A DNA stretch of 64,000 bases from Eutreptiella sp. 'Long Island Sound 2002' (taxonomy: Eukaryota > Protista > Euglenida): positions 71,052,001-71,116,000 of the forward strand of contig OZ038379.1 of the NCBI GenBank assembly GCA_964036045.1. The letters run 5' to 3'. Positions within the stretch are counted from its first letter, which is position 1. The number at the start of each line of letters is the position of its first letter. Shown here in pieces: positions 25,338 to 38,500 of this stretch. The notes below the pieces were generated by a model, which worked only from the letters and a program-made list of their open reading frames with translations, searched no databases and was not told the origin of the DNA. The position numbers were made by a program, and so were the translations under genes.

Positions 25338-28300
25338 GTCCTCACAACATCGATCCCGTAGGCTTCAAACTGTCCTTTTTGCCCAATTTTCAATTGTTTT
25401 CTTCATAACTATAGGTTATGGTCCTTTCTGTGGGGCTTTAAACCATTCCGTTGTCCCCCGGTGAATGGCCGGGAAAATAAACATGTTCCTCGAAGGCTGA
25501 GAGTTACCGAGAGGCACCGCACGACATGCAAAGAGCTTCAAGACAAGCAGTGTCACCACTTCAGAGATGCTGCGGTCACAACAATTATCCCTGAAGCTTC
25601 AAGCTGTCATTTTTGCCCCATTTTACTTGTTTCCTTCCGAAAAATGGGCTACGGTCCCTCCCGTTGGGCACTAAACCATTAAGTGGTCCCCCCGGCGAGT
25701 TGCTAGGGAAACAAACGTGTTCCTCAATGGCTGAGAGGCATCGCAAAACATGCAAAGACTTTCAAGACAAACAGTGGCACCCCTTCCAAGATGTTGTCTT
25801 CATAACATTGATCCCTCGGGCTTCAAAGTGTCATTTCTGCCCCATTTCCACTCATTTTCTTCAGAAACATGGACTGTGGTACTTTCCGCTAGGCACTCAA
25901 CCATTTTGTCTTCCCCCGGTGAGTTGCCGGGAAAACAAACCTATTCCTCAAATGCTGAGAGGCACCGCACCACACGCAAACAGTTTCAAGACCAACAGTG
26001 GTAGTACTTCAGAGATGTTGTCCTCACAACATTAATGTCTAAGTCTTCAAATTATCAGTTTTTGGTGCCAATGTCTCGTGTTTTCTTCGGAAATATGGGT
26101 TGTGGTCATTTCTGCTGAGCCATAAACCATTTTGTCGTCCCCCCGGTGAGTTGCTGGGCAAACAAACATGTTCCTCAAAGGCTGACAGGCACGGCACCTC
26201 ATGACATGCAAACAGTTTCAAGACCACCAGTGTCACGACTTCAGACATGTTGTCCTCACAACATTGACCCCTCAGGCTTGAAACTGTCATTCTTGCCCCC
26301 ATTTGCACTTGTTTTCTTCGAAAAATATGGGCTATGGTCACTTCCGTTGGGGGTTGAACAGTTCGGTCGTCCTCTAGTGAGGGGCCAGGCAAAGAAACGT
26401 GTTCCTCAAAGGCTAAGAGGCACCGCACCACATGTAAAGAGTTCCAAGACCGATAGATACCCCATCAATGACACCATTGCACAGATGTTGTTGTAACAAC
26501 ATTGATGCCTCAGGCTTCAAATTATCGGTTTTGCCCCGTTTTCACTTGTTTATTTCGCAAAAATGAGCTGTGGTCCTTGCAGCTGGGCCTTGAACCCATT
26601 TTGCCGTCCCCCCTGTGAGTTGCCGGGCAAACAAACGTGTTCCTTAAAGGCTGAGAGGCACCGCACAACATGCCAACATCTTCAATTCCAGCAGTGTCAC
26701 GAATTCAGACATGTTGTCCTCACAACATCGATCTCTCAAGCTTCAAACTATCATTTTTGTCCCGTTTTCACTTGTTTACTTTGGAAAAATGGGCTGCGGT
26801 CCTTTCCGCTAGGCACTAAACCATTGTGTTGTCCCCCGGGTGCGTTGCTCGGCAAACAAACGTGTTCCTCAAAAGCGGAGAGGCACTGCTCAACATGCAA
26901 AGAGTTTCAAGACCAACAGAGTCACCGCTTAAGACCTGTTGTCGTCACCACATTAATCCCGCAAGGTTCAAACTGTCATTTTTGTCCCATTTTCACTTGG
27001 TATCGGAAACATGCGCTGCGGTCCTTTCCGTTGGGCACCAAACCGTTGTGTCTTCCCCGGGTGAGTTGCTCGGCAAATAAACCTCTTCATCAAAGGCTCG
27101 GACGCACGGCACGGCATGCAAAGAGTTTTAACTCCACTTGAGAGGTGTTGTCCTCACAACATTAATCCCTCATGCTTCATAGTGTCATTTTTGCCCCATT
27201 TTCATTTGTTTTCTTCAGAAAAATGGGCCGCGGTCCTTTGCAATGGGCATTTCAACATTGTGCCTTCCCCCGGCGAGTTGCTGAGCAAAAAGACGTGTTG
27301 CTCAAAGGGTGAGAGGCATCACACCACATGAAAAGAGTTTCAAGACCAACTGTATCAGAGGTGCTCTCCTTGCAACATTGATCCCTAAGGCTTAACCTAT
27401 CATTTTTGCCCGATTTTCACTTGTTTTGTTCTGAAAAAATGAATGGAGGTCCTTTCCGCTGGGCACTAAACAATTGTGCCGTCCTCACAACATTAATCCC
27501 AGGTGCTTCAAATTGTTATTTTTGCCCCATTTTCACTTGCTTTCTTCGGAAAGATGGGCCATGTTCCTTTCCATTGGGACGTGAACAATTGTGTTGTGCC
27601 ACCAATGAGTTGTTGGGCAAACAAACGCGTTCCTCAAAAGCCAAGAGGCACCACAGACCATGCAAAGAGCTTCAAGATCAACAGTGTCACCACTTCAGAA
27701 TTGTGGTCCCCACAACATCGATCGCTCAGGCTTCAAACTGTGATTTTTGCCCCATTTTCACTTGTCTTCTTCGGAAATATGGGCTATGGTCCTTTGCGTT
27801 GGGCCGTGAACCATGGTGTTGTTCCCCTAGTGAGTTGCTAGGCAAACAAACGTGTTCCTTGAGGGCTGAGAGGCACCGCACCACATGCAAAGGGTTTCAA
27901 CACCAACAATGTCAGCACTTCAGAGATGCTGTCCTCACAACATTGATCTCTGGCCCCAAATTGTCATTTTTGCCCCATTTTCATTTTTTTCTGAAAAAAT
28001 TGGCTGCGGTCGTTTCCGTTGTGGCTGTGAACCATTGTGTTGTCCCCCGGTGAGCTGCTAGGTAAACAAACACGTTCCTCAAAGTCTGAGAGGCACCGAA
28101 CCACATGCAAACAGTTTCAAGACCAACAATGTCACCACGTCACAGATGTTGTCTTCAAAACATTGATCCCTCTGGCTTCAAGCTGTTATTTTATCCCCAG
28201 TTTCACTTGTTTTCTTCGGACAAATGGGTTGCGGTCCTTTCCGCTGGGCACTAAACTATTGTGTCTTCCCCCTGAGAGTTGCTGGGCAAACGAACGTGTT

Positions 28301-31001
28301 CCTTAAAGGCTGAGAGTCACCGGACGACATGCAAAGAGTTTCAACACCAACAATGTCACTACTTTTGATATGTTGTCCTCAGAACGTTGATCCCTCAGGC
28401 TTCAAACGGTCACTTTTGCCTCATTTTGACTTGTTTTCTTCGGAGAAATGGGCTGCGGGCCTTTCCGTTGGGCACTAAAACATTGTGTCTTTCCCCCTAT
28501 GAGGTGCTAGGCAGACAAACGTTTTCCTCAAAGCCGTAGAGGCACTGCATGGCACGCAATGAGTTTGAAGACCAACACTGTCACCGTTTCAAAGATGGTG
28601 CCTGCACAAAATTGATCCCTTAGGCTTCAAACTATCAATTTTGCCCCAATTTCACTTGACTTCTTTGGAAAAATGGGCCGTGGTCCCACAAAATTGATCC
28701 CTTAGGCTTCAAACTATCAATTTTGCCCCAATTTCACTTGACTTCTTTGGAAAAATGGGCCGTGGTCCTTTCCGTTGGGCCGTGAACCATGCTGTCGTCC
28801 CCCCGGTGAGTTGCTGGGCAAACAAACGTGTTCCTCAAAGGCTGAGAAGCCCCGCACCACATGCAAACAGTTTCAAGACCAACCGTGTCACCACTTCAGA
28901 GATGTCGTCCTCACAACATTGATCCCTCAAGCTTCAAACTGTCACTCTTGGTCAAATTTCACTGGTGTTCCTCAAAAATATGGGCCGTAGTCCTTTCCGT
29001 TAGCCCGTGAACCATTGTGCAGTCCCGCCGGTAGTGACGTGGCAAGCAAACGTGTTCCTCAAAAGCGCAAAGGCACCACACGACAAGCATTAAATAAATC
29101 AGTTAAATAAATAAAGAGTTTCAAGACTAAGTGTCACCACTTTAGAGATGTTGTCCTCACAACATTGATCCCTTAGGCTTCAGACGGTCATTTTTGCCCC
29201 ATTTTCACTTCTTTTCTTCGGAGAAATGGGTTGCACGCCTTTCCTTTGGGCACTAAACAATTGCGTCGTCCCCCCTCGGAGTTGCTAGGCAAACAATGTG
29301 TTGCTCAAAGTCTGAGAGGCATCGCACGGCATGTAAACCGTTTCAAGACCAACAACATTGATCCCTTAGGCTCCAAACTGTCATTTTTAGCCCGTTTTCA
29401 AATGTGTTCTTCGGAAAAATGGGCAGTGGGTCTTTCGGTTGGCCCGTCAACCATGGTGACGTCCCCCGGGCGAGTTGCTGGGCAAACAAGCGTGTTCCTT
29501 AAAGGCTGAGAGGCACCTCACCACATGTAAAGAGTTGCAAGACCAAGTTTGTCACCAATTGAGAGATGTTGTCCTCACAATATTGATCTCTCGGGCTTCC
29601 AACTGTCATTTTTGCCCCATTTGAACATGTTTTCTGGCGAAGAATGGGTTGCGGTCCCTCCGTTGGTCCGTGAGCCATTGTGCGGTCCCCCCGGTGAGTT
29701 GCTCGGGAAACAAACATGTTCCTGGAAGGCTCAGAGGCACCGCACAACAAGCAAAGAGTGTGAACACCAGCAGTGTGACAATTTCAGTGATGCTGTCCTC
29801 ACCACATTGATCCCTCAAGCTTCAACGTGCCATTTTTGCCCCATTTTTACCTGTTATCGGAAAAAGGGGTTGTGGTCCTTTGCATTGGGCACTAAACCAT
29901 TGTGTCATCCCCTGGTGAATTGCTCGGCAAACAAACATGTTCCTGAAACGTTGAGAGGCACCTCAAGACATGCAAAGACCAGCATCGTCTCGACTTCACA
30001 GACTTGTTTCCACCACATTGATTCACTTGTTTTCCTCAAGAAAATGGGCTAAGGGATCAATGTGGTGAGGACAACATCTCTGAAGCGGTGACACTGTTGG
30101 TGTTGAACCTCTTTGCATTTGCTGCGGTGCCTCTCAGCCTTTGAGGAAGACATTTGTTTGGCCAGCAACTTACCGGGGGGACGGAACAATGGTTCAGCGC
30201 CCAGCGCAAACAACCTCAACCTATTTTTCCGAAGTAAACAAATGAAAATGAGGCAAAAGTGACAGTTTGAAGGTTTCGGGATCAATGTTGTGAGGACAAC
30301 ATCTGTGAACTGGTGACAATGTCGTGCGGCGCCTCTCAAGGTTTGAGGAACACGTTTTTTTGCCTCACAACTCATCGGGGGCAAGGCAGAATGGTTTCGT
30401 GCCAAGCGGAAAGGACGGCATCCCTTTTTTTCGAAGAGTGAAAATGGGGCGAAAAAGGCGAGTTTGAAGCTTCAGGGGTCAATGTGGTGAGGACAAGATC
30501 GCTTAAGTGGTTACGTTGTTGGTCTTGTAACTCCTCGCACGCCGTCCGGGGCCTCAGATCCTTTGAGGAACATGTCAACGTCACCACTCCAGAGATGTTG
30601 TTCCTAACATTGATGCCTCAGGCATCAAACTCTCATTTTCGCCCCCATTGTCACTTGTTATCCAAAAAATGCGCTGCGGTCTTTTCCATTGGGCACTATA
30701 CCATTGTGCCGCCCCCCCCGGTGAGTTGTTGGGCTCGGCCTTTGAAGAACACATCTTTTTGCCCAGCAACTCACCGGGGGGACGACACACTGGTCTACTG
30801 CCCAACGGAAAGGGCTGCATGGAAGGGACCGCAACCGATTTTTCCCATAACAGATGAAATGGGGCAAAAATGGCGGTTTGAAGCCTAAGGGAGCAACGTT
30901 GTGAGGACAACATCTCAAAAGTGGTGACATTTTTAGCCTTGAAACTCTTTGCCCATCGTGCGGTGCCTCTAAGCCTTTGAGGAACATGTTTGTTTTCCTA
31001 G
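25338..31001. repeat. ~224-bp satellite array, block 3, with internal inversions
   Basis: Plus orientation to ~30050, minus ~30051-30575, plus ~30576-30734, minus from ~30735. Confidence 0.95.
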
Positions 31002-33296
31002 CCCCCCCCCCCCCCCCCGTGTCCAACGAATAATTATGTACGAAAAAAATACGGTTCGAATAGGTAGTGTTCGTTGGACACAGTGTTCGTTGCGCGCGAC
31101 AATGTTGTGAACCGGGGGTAACACATCCCTGTGCACGAGATACCCAGCCCATGCAAAGCACAATGCGCCGGAGACTTCCACTTAACACTTTTCCGAGCAG
31201 AAGCCCTTGTTGCCGTCCCGCTTCATGCGGAAAAGCTGAACGTGCTCCCCGGGCTTGGGGCTTTTCTTGGCACGGGTAGAGGTGGCAGCCCAATCCGAGT
31301 CGCTCACCTTGGGGACGGACAGGTCTGATGGGACAGCACTGTCCTCCATCAAATCACGGGTTAGGTACAGGGTGTCCTGAAAAACATGGCACAAACCCCA
31401 CACCCCACGCCCTGACTTGGCCCAAACCACGTCACACTCACGAGCATCGTCACTATCAGAGTCATCAACACCACTACTATCATCGGAGTCACCTGAGTCA
31501 TCCGTATCAGTTTGTGACCCATCATCAGAGTCGGACTCAGGATCATGCTTCTTGAAAAATTCTGTGTCCTCCAATTGGGACAACTTCAAACCACTCGGAA
31601 AATACGCGGTGCGGCATGCCTCACGAATGGCATCATCCGTAATGGCCGCAAAAGCACGCACAACCCAGTTTGCAACCTCTTTATGCGAGGGCTAAGGTAC
31701 CGGGCCCTGTTTTCTGGTTCGGCCCATGATGTTTTCCCCCGCCCACATGGCATACTCCTCCTGTAGCTCCACTTTGAAAGTGCCGTTGAATCCGGGCTTG
31801 TCACATGCTCGAGCATATGGTGTACCATTTGGTGGTCCAATAAAAAGGGGCATGGAAACGTGCGGCGACCGAAATACACGGCAAACGGAAACATGCATAT
31901 GACACGGTGCACCGTCAACTGCATACACTCCCTTTTCATCCTTACCAAATGGAATTGTCCCCATGAGTGTCTCACACACAATGAAGATCATGGCTGCCTC
32001 ATTTTTTTTCCCTTTGGTCGTCACCGTTTGTTCGATCCCCTTGCAAGCATTTTGCTTCTTCAAGGCTTGCAAGTCGCTTTTAATTTTGCCATTTGGTTCG
32101 CCCTTCCATATTAACACCGGTTTAAGGCGCACCACATCCCCTAAAACAACAGCCTCAGTCTGATGCATCCTAGGATACCCAGGTTGCTGAATTCTAGGTC
32201 CTGCGGCGCACGTACACACCTCGACTGTTCTTCTGGGTGTAGTGTTTTGCGATGCCCTCCCGGCTGATGGGCCTTTTTGCGTAGCGCTGCCACTTGTGCC
32301 TTCCAGCCGTCTTGGCCAGCAATCGATCCGGGTGGCAACTTGAACTTGGCGGAAGCGACGTTCACCCTGTACTACTTGGAGTACTCAACGACACGGAGCT
32401 TGAAGCGCGCGTCACGATGCACGCGGATGGGTTCCGCGGCCACTTCAGCCCTTGTGCGACGCCGCTTGGAGAACACCTTCCGGCAAACCAACGAAACGGT
32501 GCAGGGTAGCTCCTCCCGTGGCCGCTTTGTTGACGGCTCATCTTCAGCAGGGCCGGCGGCGTTGCTCGTGGGCTTGAAGAAATCGGTGAGTGTGGGCTGC
32601 TTGGGCATAGGCTGTGGTGGAGCCTTTCGCCCAGCCGGTTTTGCCCTTGGGGGGGGCTGTGAAGCGCGCACGGAGGAGTATGCGGGGGGAGGTTCCTCCC
32701 ATTGGGTTTCCCATTTGGTGTGGTTCACGTAGAACACAGGTCCATCGGGGGTTCGGCGTTGCTCCCAACCAGGTGGAAGCGAAGAGTGTGATGGTGGAGA
32801 GGTGGGGCAACCGCGAGACGTGGGCTGCGGGGTCTCCTCCGATGAAGTTGATGACATCGGTGAAGGGTAGCGCAGATGGAACTGCACCGCACTGAGAGGG
32901 GCGGATGGGTTTTCATAGTCGCGCCCATTTCGGCTGTACTTCAGCCGGACAAAGTCATCACCGTCATCAGAAGGCCCAAGAATTGTGGCTCGTACAAGCC
33001 TGCCGGTGTGGTACCGCTTGTACAGCACCTCACGGCCAGGTGCCAGTAGGGAGTCAGTCATAGTGGGCAATAGAGGTCCTGTAGTTGAGGGACACCACTT
33101 CCCCACACCCTACTTTTGAGTTTTCTGCAACATACATTGCAACAGCCCCTCATTTCCCCGCACCTTTGGCCTGAACCTCAATTCTGATGTCTCGTACCTA
33201 ATTATGTACCGAATTAATTAGGTACACAAAAAATACGGTTCGAACGGGTAGTGTTCGTTGGACACATTGTTCGTTAGACACGGGGGGGGGGGGGGG
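31002..33296 (-). mobile_element. pogo-like (Tc1/mariner superfamily) DNA transposon, ~2.3 kb
   Basis: Inverted ends C17-gtgtccaacgaa / ttcgttagacac-G15. TAG (or TA) is duplicated at 30999-31001 and 33297-33299 and the satellite flanks rejoin. Internal DDE_1-type ORF. Confidence 0.88.
31182..33061 (-). pseudogene. pogo-family transposase with WW domain; two in-frame stops, a frameshift and a probable internal deletion
   Basis: Brinker-type RDARFKLRVVEYSK; RLKPVLIWKG; TTKGKKNE; YAVDGAPCH-...-IGPPNGTPYARACDKPGFNGTFK (D-37-D); VANWVVRAFAAITDDAI. The CENP-B HTH and first catalytic D are not found after HPEE. Confidence 0.85.
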
Positions 33297-35585
33297 TAGC
33301 AACTACTGGCGGGACAACACAATGGTTTAGTGCCCAATGGAAAAGACTGCAACCCATTTTTCCATGTTCCTCAAAGGCTCCGAGGCACCGCACGAACTGC
33401 AAAGAGTTTCAGGATCAACAAGGTCACCACTTCACAGATGTTGTCGTCACAACATTCATCCCTCAACCTTCAAACTGCCATTCTTGGCCCCATTTTCACT
33501 TGTTGGCGGGAAAATGGGCTGCGGTACTTTCCATTGGGCACAAAACCATTATGCCGTCCCCCGGTGAGTTACTCGGCAAACAAACATGTTCCTCAAAGGC
33601 GGACAGGCACCACACGACGTGCAAAGAGTTGCAAGACCAACAAAGTAACCACTTGAGAGATGTTGTCCTCACCACAATGATCCCTCAAGCTTCAAACTAC
33701 CATTTTTGCCGAATCTTCATTTGTTATTGGAAAAAACAGCTGCGATCTTTTCCGTTGTGTGGTCCCCCGGATGAGTTGGTCGGCAAACAAACATGGTCCT
33801 CAAAGGCTGAGAGGCACATGACGACATGCAAAGAGTTTCAAGACCGACAGTGTCCGCACTTCAGAGATGTTGTCCTCACAACATTAATCCCTCAGGCTTC
33901 AAGCTATCATTTTTGCCCCATTTTTATTTGTTTTCTTTGGAAAAATGGGCCGCGGTCCTTTCTGCTGAGCACTAAACCATTGTGTCGCCCCCAAAGCCAG
34001 TAGCTAGGCAAAAAGACGTGTTCCTCAAGGGCACGGACACACCGCACCACAAGCAAAAAGATTCAACACCAAAAATGTCACCACTTCACAGAAGTGGCCC
34101 TCGCAGAATCGATCCCTCGGTCTTCAAGTTGTTATTAATGCGCCATTTTCGCTTGTTTTCTTCGGGAAAATGGGCCGCGGTCCTGTCCGGTGGGCCATGA
34201 ACCATTGTGGCGTCCGCCTTGTGAGTTGTTGGGCACACAAACGTGTTCTTCAAAGGTCAAAAGGCACCACACCAGATGCAAAGAGTTTCCGCACCAACAA
34301 GGTCACGACTATAGAGATGTTGTCCTCACAACATTGATCCCTGAACCTTCATATTGCCATTTTTGCCCCATTTTCAACTGTTATCGGAAGAATGGGCTGT
34401 GGTCCTCTCCGTTCGGCACTAAACCATTGTGTTGTCCCCCCGGTGACTTGCTCGACAAAGAAACATGTTCCTAAAGGGATCACAGGCACCGGACGACATG
34501 CAAAGAGCTTCACAACCACAGTGTCCCCACGTCAGAGATGTTGTCCTAAGAACATTGATCCCTCAGGCTTCAAACTGCCATTTTCGCCCCCATTTTCACT
34601 TCTGTTCTGAAAAATGGGTTGCAATGCTTTCCGGTGGGCAGTGAACCATTGTGTCGTCCACCGTGTGAGTTGCTAGGCAACAAGATGCGTTACTCAAAGG
34701 CCAAAGGGGCACAAGACAACATGCAAAGAGTTCCAACACCAACAGTGTCATCAATTAAGAGATATTGTCCTCACAACATTGATCCCTCAAGCTTCAAATT
34801 GTTATTTTTGCCCCATTTTCATTTGTTTTTGGCGGAAAAATGGGTTGAGGTCCGTACCACTGGGCACTAAACCATTGTGCCTTCCCCCGGTGAGGTGCTG
34901 GGCAAACAAACATGTTCCTCAAAGGCTGAAAGGCACCACACAACGTGCAAAGAGTTACAAGACCAACAAAGTAACCACTTCATAGATGTTCTCCTCACCA
35001 CTATGATCCCTCAAGCCTCAGACTGCCATTTTTGCCCCATTTTCATTTGTTGTCGGAAAAATTGGTTGCGGTCCTTTCCGTTGGGCACTAAAGAATTGTG
35101 TCGGCCCCCGATGAGTTGCTCGGCAAACAAACATGTTCCTCAAAGGCTGAGAGGCACATAACGACATGCCAGGAGTTTCAAGACCAATAGTGTCCCAAGT
35201 TCACAGATGTCGTCCTCACCAGATTATTCGGTGAGGCTTCGAGGTGCCATGTTTGCCCAATTTTCACTTCGTTTCTTCACGAAAATGGTCTGCGGTCCTT
35301 TCCGTGCGCCACTAAACCATGGTGTGGTCCCCCGAGCCTGTTGCCAGGCAAAAGTACGTGTTCCTCAAAAGCTGAGAGGCACCGCAAAAAATGCAAAGAG
35401 CTTTAGGGGCAACACTGTTCCCAGTTCAAAGGTGTTGTCCTCACAACATTGATCTCTTAGGCTTGCAAGTGTCATTTTTGCCCCATTTTCACTTGTCTTC
35501 TTCGGAGATATGGGCTATGGTGCTTTCTGTTGGGCACTAAACCATCATGCCGTCCCGTCAGTGAGTTGCTAGGCAAAAAGACATG
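33297..35585 (+). repeat. ~224-bp satellite array, block 4 (first ~65 bp still inverted)
   Basis: Same monomer; orientation returns to plus at ~33363. Confidence 0.95.
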
Positions 35586-38500
35586 ACTTGCATAGCCGCG
35601 GCACTCCAAGCTAACGTTGCCCTTCGCGTTGGCGTTGTCATTGCCCTTTGCCATCCTACCCTTTGTGACCGTCTGGGCTACCATGCAGTCAACGCCTAGG
35701 ATCGGTTGGAAAAAATTGCGGACAATGACCGCCGCGGAGTTGCCAGTGGCAGCCGACAGCGCATCCCTCATACCGGAATTACCACAAATAGTTACTCGCA
35801 GCACCCCGTGCAACCCTGGGTCCGGAATGCGATATTTGGCTGGGATGTGTCTATATATGGCTCCCATGGGGAGCACAACCTCCAACCACCCGTCAATGGT
35901 GGCTTCCCTGCCGAAGTTGGCAAGGCGGCCTCCCCTATTGCGGTCGCAAACCCAACACACCATGGCCTGTGAGGCCTCGGCTTAAAATTTTTTTACAATT
36001 GGCCATTAAAATTTGTGCCTTGGCATCGGCATAGCGGAAAAAGAGTGTTTCCCGGTCAGCACCGGAAGTATCTCAGAAGACAACATTACTAGCATCCCAC
36101 AATTGTTGGTCGAAGTCAACCTCTTGAGCAGCCGCGTACAAGGTCGCCCACTCCTCACTACCGCCCAGTAGCCACCAGCTTGCTAGTTGATTGGTTCCCT
36201 CAAGGGTGCAATGTACGTACGAAGCCTCGTGCCGCGACGTGCCTTCCACTGCTAGTGGCATCCAATGCATCCTTGGATTGCCTGGTTGTTGGACGTGGGC
36301 CGGCTCAACCAGTCGGCGGCGCCACACGTGTTGCAACCGCGCCAGTAACGTGCACAAGGCTCCGTATAGCTCTGTGTCATCCCCCGTCTTGGCTACAAAC
36401 CCCTGCGATGCGGGCTTTGCAAGCTGCTGCATGGTGACCCACACGTCCTCCCATGGTACGCCCTCGAGTAGATGGGGTGTGAGGTACTGCGCCTCTGTGC
36501 TGGACAGGTGCAACGACCGGATGCGCCACACCGCAGCGACGGTCTTCTCCCACATGGATGGTGCGGTGGGCAGAGCACCACTCCCCCCCCCGGTTTACCG
36601 GCGTGAGGACAATCTGGCCCGTGTCCGGGAGGTGCTTCAGTAGATACTCGGCTCCTAGTTCCCCAGAGACGACGAGAGACACTGGACGACGTGCAAAGAG
36701 TGTCAAGACCAACAGAGTCACCTCTTCACAAATGGTGTCCACACCACATTGATCCCTCAAGCTTCAAACTGCCATTGTTGTCCCATTTTTACTTGTTATC
36801 GAAAAAATGGGATGCCGTCCTTTCCGTCGCGCACTAAACCATTGTGTTGTCCCCCCAACGAGTTGCTCGGGAAACAAACGTGTTTCCCAAAGGCTGAGAG
36901 GCACCGCACGCCCGGAGATGGTCCCGGACCCGCTCTGCCGCCGTTTCCTGCCGCTCCTTCGCCGTTGCCTGCCGCTCCGCCTCCTGCGTCCGCTGCTCTG
37001 CCTCCAGGAGCTTGCCTTGCAAGCGGAGGACCTCCCCCTCCGCCACCACCGCCCATTTCTGCCACTCGGGCATGGCCCCCGCCTGCGCCGCCGCCCAAGC
37101 GTCCACCTCCGCAGCGGCCTGCGTTGCCAACAAGGGGCTTTGCAGCCGAGGGCTGGTCACCTAACTTGGCGGAAAGTTTGGGGGCCTTGCGGGGCCGGCC
37201 CACCTTGGACCCGCCGCTCTTGGAGCTCCGCATCGAGGAGGCATCGTCCTCCTGCTCCCCACGCCCCCCTCCTCCGCTTCCAGGTCCACCACTCCCCCCG
37301 CCTCCCCCAAATGCTTGCGGTGCCCCTCTTTTGCCCGCGTGAACATTTGGAGCCAAGCATAGCTCATGTGCTCGTCCGCTCGGTGCCCCCATCCCCTCAC
37401 CCCCGTCACCGCCAACGCTGTCAACTGCCTCAGCTGCCCCTCCAGCACCCCCGCCCTACCCTTCACCCAACAACCCATTCTCCAATGCCCTCCACGCAGC
37501 CGGTATGCGTAGAGGGCAATAATTGTCTCCCCCTCCTTCTAACCTCCCCCGGGGTTGGGGAACGTGATGGCACAAGGGAAGGACATTTTGAGGGGTGGCT
37601 CCCGCGCCCCATCCTGTGTCTCGACCTCGACCTCCCGGGTCGTCGCCACGAACCCCTCCCTTGCCTGCTTCCGTCCAGGGAGGTCGAGCTTGCATGCGAA
37701 CGGGGGCTGGGACCCTACCATGGAGAGGGAGCTGATGGGGGGGGGGGGGTCGGCGGGGTAGGCCGTGGCCCCCGTCCCCGCCACGGGGTGTGCGACGACC
37801 ACGGGGTTGGAGGCGCGGGGTGCAGGGGGGGGCTGCGGAAGTGGCCGCCGTGGGGTCTGCGGGAGTGGCGCCGGCCGAACTCGACGGCACGTTGAGGGTC
37901 ACGTGGCGGACTGTGCCCGACTGTGCAGGAGTATCAGTGTGCCCGGCCGGGCGGAATCGCTTGCGCGCATGCATGGCCGCACGGGGGTCCGGCAGCCAGT
38001 AGCGCCATTGCTCTTGAGAGTGAAATGAAAGGGAACAATGTACCTATTCATGCCAAATTTGCGCGAACTTGGCGCGAAATTCGTGAATCTGCATGCCTGG
38101 CCGAATCTGAAGCATTTGCGAATGCGCAGCACAATGTCGCGAACTTCAGGCAAACTTCGCGCGAATACGGGGTAGAAGACAATGCATACCTCACATTCAC
38201 ACGGTTAGGTCAACGCCCAGGTCCCTTTCTTGGACTCCTTTGCCCGCTTCCACGGCGGCTCATCGTGGAGCGGCTGCCAGGCGGGTGCAAGGCGTGTGGG
38301 GGGCACTATAGCCTTAAGTGCCCACGTCACCTCCACGTCGCCGTCCGTTGAATCCCCCTTCATGACCTTCATCTCGTGCGCCCCATTCCAGATCAAGATG
38401 TCCCCCGCGTGCACGATGGCGGGGGAGATTCCGTGGGCGGAGAGGGAGGAACAGGGGGTGGTGTGTGCACACGGGGGCCCTAGCTCCACCTCGGGGGGGG

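Noticed and set aside
28606-28767. 81-bp tandem duplication inside the satellite
   Set aside because: Ordinary slippage of part of one monomer.
1-35585. Dozens of Cys/His-rich ORFs (LLGKQTCSSKAERHRTTCKEFQDQQCHH...) resembling zinc-finger proteins
   Set aside because: They are translations of the 224-bp satellite; the period is not a multiple of 3, frames switch between monomers and stops are scattered.
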